Origin: Motiliproteus sp.
Lineage (GTDB): Bacteria > Pseudomonadota > Gammaproteobacteria > Pseudomonadales > Balneatricaceae
Reading direction: 5' to 3'
NCBI GenBank assembly: GCA_036960175.1
Contig: JBALWH010000007.1
Coordinates: 23,462-87,461 of the forward strand
DNA length: 64,000 nucleotides
Shown: one piece after another, positions 17,056-27,744 of the stretch
Layout of the letters: each line of letters opens with the position of its first letter
Numbering within the stretch: position 1 is the first letter of the stretch
The notes under the pieces: generated by a model
The model's input: the letters and a program-made list of their open reading frames with translations, nothing else
Told to the model about the DNA's origin: nothing
Databases searched by the model: none
Made by a program: the position numbers and the translations under genes

Positions 17056-18192
17056 TTAGGTCAGCAATCTTGCCATGATGTTTTCGTAAAGCTCTGACAA
17101 TGTGTCGAGATCTTTGATTCTGACGTGCTCGTTGACTTTGTGGATGGTGGCGTTGCAAGGGCCAAGCTCGACAACCTGTGCGCCGGTAGGGGCAATAAAG
17201 CGACCGTCCGAGGTACCTCCAGAGGTAGAAAGTTCGGTATCGATGTCGGTAATCACCTTGATGCTTTGCTGGCAGGCTTCGATCAGTTCGCCTTTCTCAG
17301 TGATAAATGGATTGCCGCTAAGAGTCCAGGTCAGTGCGTAATCGAGCTGGTGAGAATCAAGTATCTGTTGAGTCTGTAATTTGATTTTCTCTGCTGTCAG
17401 TTCCGTGGAAAAACGAAAATTAAACAGCACATTGATGTCTCCGGGTACTACGTTGGTGGCACCCGTGCCGCCCTGAATATTGGAAATCTGGAAGCTGGTC
17501 GGTGGGAAATAGTCATTGCCCTGGTCCCATTCCACGGCGGCCAGTTCGGTCAACGCTGGTGCGGCCATATGGATGGGGTTTTTTACCAAATGAGGGTAAG
17601 CAACATGCCCCTGAACTCCATGTACGGTGAGGTTGCCACTGATCGAGCCGCGTCGGCCGTTTTTGATGGTGTCGCCGACATGGTTGGTGCTGGAGGGTTC
17701 GCCGATAACGCACCAGTCGATTTTTTCGCTGCGCGCTTCAAGTACCTCGATGACCCGTGGTGTGCCGTTGATAAAATCCCCTTCTTCGTCAGAGGTGATC
17801 AGTAGCGCGATGGAGCCTTGGTGGTCGGGGTGGTTGTCAACAAAGCGTTCCAGTGCAGTAATGAAGGCTGCCAGGCCGCCTTTCATATCGGCTGCGCCAC
17901 GACCATAAAGGTTGCCATTTTCGATGGTGGGCGTGAAAGGAGGGTGTTGCCAGCGCTCTTCCGGGCCGCTGGGGACTACATCAGTATGACCGGCAAAGCA
18001 AAACACTGGACCGGTGGACCCTCTTCGAGCCCAAAAATTGCTCACGTCGGCAAAGGGCAGGCGCTCAATTTTAAAGCCGAGGGCCTGCAGCCGGTCGATC
18101 ATTATGTCCTGGCAGCCTTCGTCTTCTGGGGTCACTGAACGGCGTGCGATCAGGTCCATGGCCAGTTGGGTGGTTGCAGAATGGTTGTGCAT
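17056..18192 (-). CDS. dapE: Succinyl-diaminopimelate desuccinylase
   Basis: [49 protein letters not shown]. Confidence 0.97.
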   Translation of the reverse strand: MHNHSATTQLAMDLIARRSVTPEDEGCQDIMIDRLQALGFKIERLPFADVSNFWARRGSTGPVFCFAGHTDVVPSGPEERWQHPPFTPTIENGNLYGRGAADMKGGLAAFITALERFVDNHPDHQGSIALLITSDEEGDFINGTPRVIEVLEARSEKIDWCVIGEPSSTNHVGDTIKNGRRGSISGNLTVHGVQGHVAYPHLVKNPIHMAAPALTELAAVEWDQGNDYFPPTSFQISNIQGGTGATNVVPGDINVLFNFRFSTELTAEKIKLQTQQILDSHQLDYALTWTLSGNPFITEKGELIEACQQSIKVITDIDTELSTSGGTSDGRFIAPTGAQVVELGPCNATIHKVNEHVRIKDLDTLSELYENIMARLLT

Positions 18193-18444
18193 AGTCTCTT
18201 GTCAATCCGCTAGATCAGTGACCGGAAGGGTGTGTATGTTCCGGATCAGGTTGTTTTGAAGCGAGTATACCTTAATCCGTGTTTGTGCCTCACCTTCAAT
18301 CGTTCTTGAGTTTGGTGGTTTGGGGCTGTGACGAGCGTTAGAAATATATGCTTTAATAGCCTCTTTTTTAGCATTTGCTGTCGCTGGGTATCATGATCAT
18401 TCGGTCGGACTGCCAAAGTGGTGTTTAAACTGAGAGGGGTCAAT

Positions 18445-18618
18445 ATGAAGAATAAAATTAGTGTTCTGTCAGCGCTGTTGCTTGGGGCTGTGCTTGTCTC
18501 TGGTTGTGCTCCAGAAGTGGGTAGTGAAGATTGGTGCAAGGATTTGAAGGCTAAGCCAAAAGGCGAATGGAGTGGGAACGAGGTGGCAGATTTTGCTAAG
18601 CACTGTGTGTTTAAATAG
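18445..18618 (+). CDS. DUF3012-like small lipoprotein
   Basis: VSGCAPEVGSEDWC...KPKGEWS.NE..DFAKHCV; ATG 18445 with GAGGGG RBS. Confidence 0.8.
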   Translation: MKNKISVLSALLLGAVLVSGCAPEVGSEDWCKDLKAKPKGEWSGNEVADFAKHCVFK

Positions 18619-18670
18619 CAGGCGCGAAAATCCCGGCAGCGGTACTTTTATGCTGTCGGGGTGCTAGATA

Positions 18671-18973
18671 CTATCGCAGTAGGTTGGATAATTTTGGATC
18701 GGGGTTGTCGGATTCCCGAAATAGCAGGGCGATATTGCCAATTTGTTGTACTAGTTCTGCCTGAACCTGTTCGCAAAGTTCGCCAATCAGCGCGTTTTTT
18801 ACTTCGCGGTCGCCGACGTTTACTTTTACTTTTACGAGTTCATGATCTTCTAAGGCGCGGTCTATTTCCAACTGGACCCCTTCAGAAAGGCCGTTTCCGG
18901 CAATGGTAACGATCGGATTAAGTTTGTGTCCGATGGTCCGGTACTGCTTTTTTTGCGAGGCTGTTAAGCTCAT
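18671..18973 (-). CDS. yhbY: Ribosome assembly RNA-binding protein YhbY (CRM domain)
   Basis: QKKQYR.IGHKLNPIV.I..NGL..GV..EI..AL..HELVKVK; divergent from rlmE. Confidence 0.93.
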   Translation of the reverse strand: MSLTASQKKQYRTIGHKLNPIVTIAGNGLSEGVQLEIDRALEDHELVKVKVNVGDREVKNALIGELCEQVQAELVQQIGNIALLFRESDNPDPKLSNLLR

Positions 18974-19141
18974 AATAGAATGGTTGACCTTATGCTGGGG
19001 AGTCGGAAGTCCGTCTCGGAAATCTGAAGCTCCGCATTTTACCCCAGTTGTCGCAACTAAAGTAGCGGTCGACTGAAGGATGGTGGTCTATGCAGTCTTT
19101 TGTACTGGGTATCAAGTAATTAGCATAATTGAGTGGTAATG

Positions 19142-19762
19142 GTGGCGCGATCAAAAAGTAGTGGGCAGTGGTTGAGGGAACATTTCGATGACCATTATGT
19201 CCAAAAAGCGAAGGATGAAGGCTACCGTTCACGGGCTAGTTTCAAGTTGTTGGAGCTGGGTCAGAAGGATCAGCTGTTCCGCCCTGGAATGACTGTTGTC
19301 GACCTTGGGGCTGCCCCTGGAGGTTGGTCGCAGGTGGCTGCCGAAATGGTCGGTGATCATGGAGTGGTGGTCGCTTCGGATATCCTGCCTATGGATGCAT
19401 TGGCGGGTGTGACTTTTGTGCAGGGCGATTTCACCGAAGAATCAGTTTATGAATCGATACTGGAAGCCGTGGATGGGCGTCCGGTAGATCTTGTAATTTC
19501 CGATATGGCCCCCAATATGAGTGGAGTGGCGTCGATTGATCAACCGAAGGCGATGTATCTGGTTGAGTTGGCGCTGGATTTGGCTCGACAGGTGTTAAAA
19601 CCTGATGGGGTTTTTTTAGCAAAAGTATTTCAGGGCGAGGGTTTCGAGCCGCTGTTGTCTGATATGAAGCAAAGCTTCACTAAGGTACAGTCTCGTAAGC
19701 CGGATTCCTCTCGGGCGCGTTCCCGGGAAATTTATCAGCTCTGTCGTGGCTTTAAAGGTTAA
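19142..19762 (+). CDS. rlmE: 23S rRNA Um2552 methyltransferase RlmE
   Basis: [48 protein letters not shown]; GTG start. Confidence 0.97.
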   Translation: MARSKSSGQWLREHFDDHYVQKAKDEGYRSRASFKLLELGQKDQLFRPGMTVVDLGAAPGGWSQVAAEMVGDHGVVVASDILPMDALAGVTFVQGDFTEESVYESILEAVDGRPVDLVISDMAPNMSGVASIDQPKAMYLVELALDLARQVLKPDGVFLAKVFQGEGFEPLLSDMKQSFTKVQSRKPDSSRARSREIYQLCRGFKG

Positions 19763-19849
19763 AGCGCGATGGAACAATTAAGAACGGTTGTGGTTGTCTG
19801 AACATCGATAATTGTAGCGGTCCATGATGTGGTTGCAGAGGTGCGTCTC

Positions 19850-21829
19850 TTGAACGATATGGCAAAGAACCTGGTGCTGTGGTTGGTAATCGCCGCAGTG
19901 TTGTTAACAGTTTTTAACAACTTCAACACCGAGGTGGAAACAAACAAACTGAGCTATTCCCAGTTTATTGAAAAGGTAAGGGATGATCAGGTCTCTAGTG
20001 TCATCGTTGAAGGCTATACCATTAAAGGTGAGCTGAAGGGCGGAGATAGTTTTGAAACGGTTCGGCCTGCGCTGCAGGACCCAAAGCTGGTCGATGATCT
20101 GTATAACCATGGAGTGGCGATCGAGGGCAAACAGCCAGAGCAACAAAGTATTTGGAGTCAGTTGCTGGTGGCCAGCTTTCCGATTCTGGTGATTATTGCT
20201 GTGTTCATGTTTTTCATGCGGCAGATGCAGGGCGGCGGAGGAGGCAAGGGTGGTCCCATGTCTTTTGGCAAGAGTAAAGCCCGGCTGTTGAGCGAAGATC
20301 AGATCAAGACCACTTTTGCCGATGTGGCTGGCGTCGAAGAGGCCAAGGAAGAAGTGCAGGAGTTGGTGGAGTTTCTTAAAGATCCCGGTAAATTTTTGCG
20401 CTTAGGTGGTCATATCCCTAGAGGGGTGTTGTTGTCTGGCGCTCCGGGTACCGGTAAAACATTGCTTGCCAAAGCGATAGCGGGTGAGGCGAAAGTGCCG
20501 TTTTTCTCCATTTCCGGTTCTGACTTCGTCGAGATGTTTGTGGGTGTCGGTGCTTCCCGAGTACGGGACATGTTTGAGCAGGCTAAAAAGCAATCTCCCT
20601 GCATCATATTTATCGATGAGATCGATGCTGTTGGTCGTCATCGTGGCGCCGGTATGGGCGGTGGTAATGACGAGCGCGAGCAGACTCTTAATCAGTTGCT
20701 GGTTGAGATGGATGGTTTTGAGGGTAACGAAGGCATCATCGTAATTGCCGCGACCAACCGTCCGGATGTGCTTGATAAGGCGTTGCTGCGTCCGGGGCGT
20801 TTTGATCGTCAGGTCGTCGTTAGCTTGCCGGATATTCGTGGCCGTGAGCAGATCGTTAAAGTCCATATGCGTAAGGTTCCGTTGGGAGACGATGTTAAGC
20901 CGGATGTGATCGCGAGAGGTACGCCAGGTTTTTCTGGTGCTGATCTCGCTAATTTAGTGAACGAGGCTGCGCTGTTTGCTGCTCGCGAAGAGAAGCGAGT
21001 AGTGGGGATGGAGCAGTTCGAAAAGGCCAAAGACAAAGTGATGATGGGTGCTGAGCGTCGTTCTATGGTGATGTCTCATGCTGAGCGTTTGAATACCGCC
21101 TATCATGAATCCGGTCATGCCATCGTTGGTCGCATGGTTCCAGATCACGATCCTGTTTATAAAGTTTCTATTATTCCTCGTGGTCGGGCTTTGGGTGTCA
21201 CCATGTTTCTGCCAGAGGAAGACCGTTATAGTCTTAGCAAGCAGGCGATCCTTAGTCAGATTTGCAGTCTCTATGGTGGTCGCATTGCAGAAGAGATGAC
21301 GCTGGGGAGTGACGGTGTAACCACTGGCGCTTCGAATGATATTCAGCGTGCAACCTCGCTGGCCCGAAATATGGTTACCAAGTGGGGCTTGTCCGAGGTT
21401 CTCGGGCCGTTGCTCTACGATGATGAGGATGCCGATCCTTGGGGGCGTGCTCCAGGTGCGGCGGGCAAGAGTGTGTCTGGTGAGACAGCTAAGCTGATTG
21501 ACAAGGAAGTTCGTGCCATTATTGATGATTGTTACGCTCAGGCTTCGAAAATATTGACGGATAATCGCGATGTTCTTGAGTCCATGACTGAGGCATTAAT
21601 GCAGTACGAGACTATTGATGCGAGTCAGCTTGATGACTTGATGGCGCGCCAGGAAGTGCGTGCTCCCAAGGGTTGGTCTGACAGTGATGAAGATGAAGAT
21701 GGAGCTGCCGGTAGCGGTGGGGTTGAGGAAGATGATGATGCTGAGCAGGTCGATCTGGATGATATCGAGAATTCCGACCAAGATGATTATGATCCCGACG
21801 CGGACGCTACGGACAAGCCGCTACATTAG
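19850..21829 (+). CDS. ftsH: ATP-dependent zinc metalloprotease FtsH
   Basis: [11 protein letters not shown] start, [17 protein letters not shown]; long acidic C-terminal tail. Confidence 0.98.
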   Translation: MNDMAKNLVLWLVIAAVLLTVFNNFNTEVETNKLSYSQFIEKVRDDQVSSVIVEGYTIKGELKGGDSFETVRPALQDPKLVDDLYNHGVAIEGKQPEQQSIWSQLLVASFPILVIIAVFMFFMRQMQGGGGGKGGPMSFGKSKARLLSEDQIKTTFADVAGVEEAKEEVQELVEFLKDPGKFLRLGGHIPRGVLLSGAPGTGKTLLAKAIAGEAKVPFFSISGSDFVEMFVGVGASRVRDMFEQAKKQSPCIIFIDEIDAVGRHRGAGMGGGNDEREQTLNQLLVEMDGFEGNEGIIVIAATNRPDVLDKALLRPGRFDRQVVVSLPDIRGREQIVKVHMRKVPLGDDVKPDVIARGTPGFSGADLANLVNEAALFAAREEKRVVGMEQFEKAKDKVMMGAERRSMVMSHAERLNTAYHESGHAIVGRMVPDHDPVYKVSIIPRGRALGVTMFLPEEDRYSLSKQAILSQICSLYGGRIAEEMTLGSDGVTTGASNDIQRATSLARNMVTKWGLSEVLGPLLYDDEDADPWGRAPGAAGKSVSGETAKLIDKEVRAIIDDCYAQASKILTDNRDVLESMTEALMQYETIDASQLDDLMARQEVRAPKGWSDSDEDEDGAAGSGGVEEDDDAEQVDLDDIENSDQDDYDPDADATDKPLH

Positions 21830-21850
21830 GGTGTTTTGTCGATAGACCTA

Positions 21851-21880
21851 AAGGCTGACCTATAACGGTTGGCCTTTTTT
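21851..21880 (+). terminator. Intrinsic terminator after ftsH
   Basis: AAGGCTGACC-TATAAC-GGTTGGCCTT plus T run. Confidence 0.7.
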
Positions 21881-21944
21881 ATGCTAAGTGGGGAATCGTG
21901 CGCTATGTGCGGTACCTATGGAGAGTGGATAAAATCAACAGGTA

Positions 21945-22835
21945 GTGAATTTGGATGCCAATACTTTGCTCTGTGGTTGCCGCCGGCTAAGGCGGGACCT
22001 GCCGCAGATAATGGGGATTCTTAATGTTACGCCGGATTCTTTCTCGGACGGCGGGCAGTTGTTGTGCGATAGTCGCCTCGATATGGATAGCCTGCTATAC
22101 AGGGCTGCATCCATGGTAGAGGCTGGCGCTACGCTGTTAGATATCGGTGGCGAATCGACTCGACCTGGCGCTGCGCCAGTCAGTGTGCAGCAGGAGTTGG
22201 ATCGGGTTGTTCCAGCCGTTGAGCGGATTAATAGCGAATTGAATGTGGTTATTTCTGTCGATAGTAGTTCTCCTCAGGTGATTGCGGAAGCTGCCAAAGC
22301 GGGTTGTGGGCTGATTAACGATGTTCGGGCTTTGGAGCGAACAGGGGCTTTGCAAGCAGCAGCAGCTACGGGCTTGCCGGTCTGTTTGATGCATATGCAG
22401 GGGCAGCCTGATTCTATGCAGGACGACCCTTGCTATCGGGATGTGATCGTCGAAGTAAGTGATTACTTGCTTGGTCGAGTTGAGGCTTGTGAGGCGGCCG
22501 GCATCCAGAGGCAGAGAATTCTTCTGGATCCAGGTTTTGGTTTTGGTAAGACGCTGGAGCATAATCTGCAGCTGCTGAATCAGTTGCAGCGGTTGGAATC
22601 GTTGGGCTTGCCGTTGCTGGTGGGGACTTCTCGTAAAAGCATGATTGGCCAAGTGCTTGATCGGCCGGTGGATGAGCGTTTGTTTGGTAGTCTTGCTACC
22701 GCCGTTCTTGCAGTTCTCAAGGGCGCTTGGGTAATAAGAGTTCATGACGTAGCAGCAACCGCTGATGCGGTAAATATGGCGCTAGCGGTAGTCAATGAGA
22801 GCACGAATTATAGGGAGTGTATAAAACGTGAGTAA
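21945..22835 (+). CDS. folP: Dihydropteroate synthase
   Basis: [48 protein letters not shown]. Confidence 0.97.
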   Translation: MNLDANTLLCGCRRLRRDLPQIMGILNVTPDSFSDGGQLLCDSRLDMDSLLYRAASMVEAGATLLDIGGESTRPGAAPVSVQQELDRVVPAVERINSELNVVISVDSSSPQVIAEAAKAGCGLINDVRALERTGALQAAAATGLPVCLMHMQGQPDSMQDDPCYRDVIVEVSDYLLGRVEACEAAGIQRQRILLDPGFGFGKTLEHNLQLLNQLQRLESLGLPLLVGTSRKSMIGQVLDRPVDERLFGSLATAVLAVLKGAWVIRVHDVAATADAVNMALAVVNESTNYRECIKRE

Positions 22836-24165
22836 AAAGTATTTCGGAACCGATGGTATTCGTGGGCAGGTAGGGACTTATCCTGTCACACCCGATTTTG
22901 TTCTCAAGCTGGGCTGGGCGGCGGGCAAGGTCTTTGCTCGAAAAGGTAGAAGTAAAATTCTGATCGGCAAGGATACTCGTATCTCTGGTTATATGTTTGA
23001 AGCGGCACTGGAGGCGGGTTTGGCTGCTGCTGGTGTCGACTCGCTAATGCTTGGTCCTATGCCAACGCCAGCAATCGCTTATCTGACCCGCACTTTCAGG
23101 GCGGACGCCGGTATTGTTATCAGCGCCTCTCATAATCCCTTTCAGGATAATGGCATCAAGTTTTTCTCGGCGAATGGTACCAAGCTACCCGACGAAATAG
23201 AGTCGGCAATTGAAGCACAGATGGATATTGCTATGACCACTGTGGAGTCTGCGCAGTTGGGTAAGGCTCGTCGTCTTGATGATGCGGCAGGGCGATATAT
23301 CGAGTTTTGTAAAGGTACTGTTCCTCGGAATATGGGTCTTAAAGGGCTCAAAATCGTTCTGGATTGTGCCAATGGGGCGACTTATCATATTGCCCCGAAA
23401 GTTTTTTCAGAGCTTGGTGCTACGGTGCTGGAGATCGGCTCGTCCCCGGATGGTATCAATATCAACGAAGGCTGTGGAGCGACTGATACTAAGGCGCTAC
23501 AGCGGGTTGTTGTTGCCGAAGGCGCTGATCTAGGGATCGCCTTCGACGGTGATGGTGATCGCGTGATTATGGTTGATCATAGTGGCGAAGAAGTTGATGG
23601 AGATGAGTTGATTCTTATTATTGCGATGGCGATGAAGTCCGCGGGTCAGCTTGGTGGAGGGGTTGTTGGTACCTTGATGAGTAACTTTGGTATGGAGCTG
23701 GCCTTAAAGGAAAATGATATTCCTTTTGTGCGTGCCAATGTTGGTGATCGCTATGTGCTGGAGGAGTTAATTAAGAATGATTGGGCGATCGGAGGTGAGT
23801 CCTCTGGTCATATCATTTGCCGTAATCTAACTACCACTGGTGATGGCATTGTAGCGGCGCTGCAGGTGCTGCATATGTTGGTGGGTGAGGGTAAGTCTCT
23901 GTCTGAGCTGAAGTCTCAGATGGCTAAGTTGCCGCAAATAATGATCAATGTTCGTCTTAAAGAAAAGGTTGATCCTACCCTGTTGCCGAAAGTGCAAGAG
24001 GCAGTTCGTTCGGTAGAAGATCGGTTGCAGGGTAGGGGGCGCGTGCTGCTGCGTCCTTCAGGGACTGAGCCGGTTGTTCGGGTGATGGTCGAAGGGGAGG
24101 ATTCCGTGTTGGTTGAAGAATTAGCGAAGGAATTGGCAGCGGTTGTCGAGTCTTCTATTCATTAG
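22828..24165 (+). CDS. glmM: Phosphoglucosamine mutase
   Basis: [36 protein letters not shown]. Confidence 0.98.
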   Translation: MSKKYFGTDGIRGQVGTYPVTPDFVLKLGWAAGKVFARKGRSKILIGKDTRISGYMFEAALEAGLAAAGVDSLMLGPMPTPAIAYLTRTFRADAGIVISASHNPFQDNGIKFFSANGTKLPDEIESAIEAQMDIAMTTVESAQLGKARRLDDAAGRYIEFCKGTVPRNMGLKGLKIVLDCANGATYHIAPKVFSELGATVLEIGSSPDGININEGCGATDTKALQRVVVAEGADLGIAFDGDGDRVIMVDHSGEEVDGDELILIIAMAMKSAGQLGGGVVGTLMSNFGMELALKENDIPFVRANVGDRYVLEELIKNDWAIGGESSGHIICRNLTTTGDGIVAALQVLHMLVGEGKSLSELKSQMAKLPQIMINVRLKEKVDPTLLPKVQEAVRSVEDRLQGRGRVLLRPSGTEPVVRVMVEGEDSVLVEELAKELAAVVESSIH

Positions 24166-24247
24166 ATTAAGATAATTGCGGAGCGGTCTTGTAAGTTGTT
24201 AATAACTTGTATAACATTCCGCTCCGCTTGGATTACAGGAGAGTTCC

Positions 24248-25003
24248 ATGCGTAGGTTGCTAGTTGCTGGAAACTGGAAAATGAATGGCTCGAAAGAGCA
24301 GGCGAAACAGTTGGTTTCGGCCTTGGTTCAGGGTTTCGATGCAAGCAGACGGGTTGATATGGCAATATGCCCCCCCGCGCCTTATCTGGACTATGTGTCT
24401 GGCTTGGTTAAAGGTAGCGCTATTCAGCTAGGTTCGCAAAACAGCAGCGAGCACCAAGCTGGAGCGTATACCGGTGAAGTATCGGTTGGTATGTTGCTGG
24501 ACTTGGGTTGCAGGTATGCTATTGTCGGCCACTCTGAGCGGCGAGCGGTTTTTTCTGAGGCCGATAAGCAGATAGCTGCCAAGTTCGACGCTGCTAAAGT
24601 GGTTGGGTTGGTTCCTATTCTTTGCGTAGGTGAAACATTAGCTGAGCGTGAGGCGGGAGAGACGCTGAAAGTGGTCTCCAGTCAAATTGCTGCAGTGATT
24701 GAGCGCATGGGCAAGCAAGCTTTTGCGGATGCGGTTATAGCCTATGAGCCAGTATGGGCTATCGGAACGGGTAAGACGGCAACTCCTGAGCAGGCTCAGG
24801 AAGTACATGCTGCAATCCGGGCTCAAGTCGCTGAAGCTAATGCTGAAGTGGCGGAAAATTTACAGATTTTATACGGTGGCAGCGTGAATGCCGGTAGTGC
24901 CGAAGCGCTGTTTGCAATGCGCGACATTGATGGTGGTTTGGTCGGTGGTGCATCTCTGAAAGCAGATGATTTTTTAGCAATTTGTCAGGCGGGATGCCGC
25001 TAA
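24248..25003 (+). CDS. tpiA: Triosephosphate isomerase
   Basis: AGNWKMNG, GHSERR, AYEPVWAIGTG, YGGSV, GGLVGGASL. Confidence 0.98.
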   Translation: MRRLLVAGNWKMNGSKEQAKQLVSALVQGFDASRRVDMAICPPAPYLDYVSGLVKGSAIQLGSQNSSEHQAGAYTGEVSVGMLLDLGCRYAIVGHSERRAVFSEADKQIAAKFDAAKVVGLVPILCVGETLAEREAGETLKVVSSQIAAVIERMGKQAFADAVIAYEPVWAIGTGKTATPEQAQEVHAAIRAQVAEANAEVAENLQILYGGSVNAGSAEALFAMRDIDGGLVGGASLKADDFLAICQAGCR

Positions 25004-25024
25004 TTGGCAAGGGCGAAGTAGAAC

Positions 25025-25396
25025 ATGGAAATTACAGAAACATTAGTACTTATCGTACACGTTGTCCTGGCGATTGCGTTGGTGGCTTTGGTATTGCTGC
25101 AGCAGGGTAAGGGTGCGGAAGCGGGTGCTTCCTTTGGTAGCGGCGCTTCTCAGACAATGTTTGGCAGTCAGGGTAGTGGTAACTTCCTTAGCCGGATGAC
25201 GGCAATTATTGCGGCGGGTATTTTTCTGACTAGCTTTGGTTTGGCTGTGTTTTCTAAGCAGAAAGCTGAAGCGGTTGGGGATCAGGGTATTCCTACGGCG
25301 GTTGTAGAAGAGTCTAAGGCTTTGTTGGAAGAGGCGCCGGTTCTTGGTGTTTCTCCTAAGGCGGCTGTTGATGGAGATGTGCCTCCGGCTGAGTAA
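25025..25396 (+). CDS. secG: Preprotein translocase subunit SecG
   Basis: LLQQGKGAEAGASFGSGASQTMFGS. Confidence 0.96.
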   Translation: MEITETLVLIVHVVLAIALVALVLLQQGKGAEAGASFGSGASQTMFGSQGSGNFLSRMTAIIAAGIFLTSFGLAVFSKQKAEAVGDQGIPTAVVEESKALLEEAPVLGVSPKAAVDGDVPPAE

Positions 25397-25429
25397 GCTG
25401 GGGCGGGTGTTTTCTCCGTGATTTGATTT

Positions 25430-25515
25430 GCAGATATGGCGGAATTGGTAGACGCGCTACCTTGAGGGGGTAGTGTCCTATGGGCGTGGGAGTTCGAGTC
25501 TCCCTATCTGCACCA
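25430..25515 (+). tRNA. tRNA-Leu (GAG)
   Basis: Acceptor stem GCAGATA/TATCTGC, anticodon arm CTACC-TT-GAG-GG-GGTAG, long variable arm, CCA end. Confidence 0.93.
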
Positions 25516-25533
25516 ATAGTTCTGGCATGGGCC

Positions 25534-25562
25534 TTGATCTGGTCGTGCTTAAGATCTATAAT
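25534..25562 (+). promoter_or_regulatory. sigma70 promoter of rimP-nusA-infB operon
   Basis: TTGATC-N17-TATAAT. Confidence 0.7.
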
Positions 25563-25613
25563 TCGGATCCGAATCTGGGGTGCTTTCCAGGATTCAGGAC
25601 TGAATTTTTTAAG

Positions 25614-25636
25614 AAGCCCCTGTATAGGGGCTTTTT
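25614..25636 (+). terminator. Leader terminator/attenuator upstream of rimP
   Basis: AAGCCCC-TGTATA-GGGGCTT plus T run. Confidence 0.7.
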
Positions 25637-25695
25637 GTTAGGTGCGTATTTTGCACCTGTATTTCTTCTGCATCAGTATCGTTCTGGTGGAATTG

Positions 25696-25718
25696 AATGG
25701 GTCTTAGACCCATTTTTT
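25696..25718 (+). promoter_or_regulatory. rimP-leader-like hairpin
   Basis: AATGGGTC-TTA-GACCCATT plus T run about 20 nt before the rimP start, where the gammaproteobacterial rimP leader sits. Confidence 0.6.
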
Positions 25719-25739
25719 ATTTGTGGTAAGAGGCAGTAA

Positions 25740-26195
25740 GTGGCTACCAAGCGAGAACAACTCGAATTGCTAATCACGCCAGTGGTAACTGGCCTGGGTT
25801 TTGATCTTTGGGGCATAGAATATATGTCGCAAGGGCGTCATACCGTGCTGCGTATTTTTATTGACGCTGAGAAAGGTGTCTTTATACAAGACTGTGCGGC
25901 GGTAAGTCGTCAATTAAGCAGTGTTTTTGATGTGGAAGACCCCATCGCTGGAGAATATAGCTTAGAAGTTTCTTCTCCTGGAATGGATCGGCCATTGTTT
26001 ACTCTTGAGCATTATAAGGCTCACGTCGGTCAGCGGGTGCAGCTGAAGTTGCGGGTGCCCTTCGAAGGACGACGTAGATTCAACGGATTACTGAAGGCAG
26101 TTGAAGGTGACGAGGTAATTGTTCAGGTCGATGACCAGGAATACCTGTTACCTATCGACTCTATTGATAAAGCGAATATCGTTCCCCAGTTCTAA
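25740..26195 (+). CDS. rimP: Ribosome maturation factor RimP
   Basis: [33 protein letters not shown]. Confidence 0.97.
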   Translation: MATKREQLELLITPVVTGLGFDLWGIEYMSQGRHTVLRIFIDAEKGVFIQDCAAVSRQLSSVFDVEDPIAGEYSLEVSSPGMDRPLFTLEHYKAHVGQRVQLKLRVPFEGRRRFNGLLKAVEGDEVIVQVDDQEYLLPIDSIDKANIVPQF

Positions 26196-26229
26196 ATGGC
26201 TGGGTCTGGTTCACAAACGAGGCAGTGGA

Positions 26230-27732
26230 ATGAACAAAGAGATTCTTCTGGTAGTAGAAGCGGTTTCCAACGAAAAGGAAGTACCCAAGGACGTTATCTT
26301 CGAAGCTATCGAAGTCGCGTTGGCAACAGCAACCAAGAAACGTTATGAAGAAGAAGCCGATATTCGCGTAGTAATTGACCGCAATACCGGTGGCTATGAA
26401 ACCTTTAGGCGTTGGGCTGTGGTCGGCGATGATCAGTTAGCTTTGCTGGGTACTGAATTTACCCTCGAAGAGGCGGCCGAGAAAGATGCGGCATTAGTGG
26501 CTGGTGATGTCTTCGAAGAGATGGTGGAATCCATCGGCTTTGGGCGCATTGCTGCTCAGACCGCTAAGCAGGTCATCGTTCAAAAAGTTCGCGATGCTGA
26601 GCGTGCCAAAGTGGTTCAGGAATACCTGCCCCGCATCGGCGAGCTGGTGAGCGGTACGGTAAAGAAAGTTACTCGTGACAACGTGATTGTCGATCTGGGT
26701 AATAACGCCGAAGCTTTGTTGGGTCGTGATCAGCTGGTCGGTCGTGAGACTTTCCGCATGGGTGATCGGGTTCGAGCCATTCTTCAGGAAGTTCGTAGTG
26801 AATCTCGGGGCCCTCAGCTGTTTTTGAGCCGAAGCTGCTCTGAAATGCTGATCGAGCTGTTTAAAATTGAAGTGCCTGAGATCTATGAGGAAGTGATCGA
26901 AATTCGAGCCGCTGCTCGTGATCCAGGTTCGCGTGCAAAAATTGCCGTCAAAACTAATGATGGTCGTATCGATCCGGTCGGTGCCTGTGTTGGTATGCGC
27001 GGTTCTCGCGTTCAGGCAGTGTCTGGCGAGTTGGATAATGAGCGTGTTGACATTATTCTCTGGGATGACAATCCTGCGCAGTTGGTTATCAACGCTATGT
27101 CACCAGCAGAAGTGGCCTCCATTGTTGTTGATGAGGATACTCACTCAATGGACGTTGCTGTTGCAGCAGACAACCTGGCAATGGCTATCGGTCGTGGCGG
27201 CCAGAACGTGCGCTTGGCCAGCGAGTTGACTGGCTGGGAGCTGAACGTGATGACGGAAGATGCTGCTGCTGAGAAGCAGGAGCAGGAAGTTAGCGGCGTT
27301 ATCGAAGAGTTCGTTAAGTACTTGGATATCGATGAAGAGTTCGCTGGATTATTGGTAGATCAAGGCTTTACTTCGGTTGAAGAGGTTGCCTATGTGCCAA
27401 TGGAAGAGATGTTGGAAATTGAAGGCCTTGATGAAGATCTCGTTAACGAGTTGAGAATTCGGGCTAAAGATGCGCTGTTGAACATCGCTATCGCATCTGA
27501 AGAGCAGTTGGAAAGTTCCCAGCCTGCTCAAGATCTGCTGGATATGGATGGTATGGAACGGCACCTGGCGCTGATATTAGCGAGCAAAGGTATTATCACC
27601 ATGGAAGATCTCGCGGAACAATCCGTCGACGATCTGATGGATATCGAAGATATGGACGAAGAGACAGCGGGTCAGCTCATAATGACCGCCCGTGCCCCTT
27701 GGTTTGAAGAGTCACAACAGGGTGCGGAATAA
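26230..27732 (+). CDS. nusA: Transcription termination/antitermination factor NusA
   Basis: [16 protein letters not shown] at 26230, S1/KH domains, [12 protein letters not shown], two C-terminal acidic repeats. Confidence 0.98.
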   Translation: MNKEILLVVEAVSNEKEVPKDVIFEAIEVALATATKKRYEEEADIRVVIDRNTGGYETFRRWAVVGDDQLALLGTEFTLEEAAEKDAALVAGDVFEEMVESIGFGRIAAQTAKQVIVQKVRDAERAKVVQEYLPRIGELVSGTVKKVTRDNVIVDLGNNAEALLGRDQLVGRETFRMGDRVRAILQEVRSESRGPQLFLSRSCSEMLIELFKIEVPEIYEEVIEIRAAARDPGSRAKIAVKTNDGRIDPVGACVGMRGSRVQAVSGELDNERVDIILWDDNPAQLVINAMSPAEVASIVVDEDTHSMDVAVAADNLAMAIGRGGQNVRLASELTGWELNVMTEDAAAEKQEQEVSGVIEEFVKYLDIDEEFAGLLVDQGFTSVEEVAYVPMEEMLEIEGLDEDLVNELRIRAKDALLNIAIASEEQLESSQPAQDLLDMDGMERHLALILASKGIITMEDLAEQSVDDLMDIEDMDEETAGQLIMTARAPWFEESQQGAE

Positions 27733-27744
27733 AGGAGAACCAAA

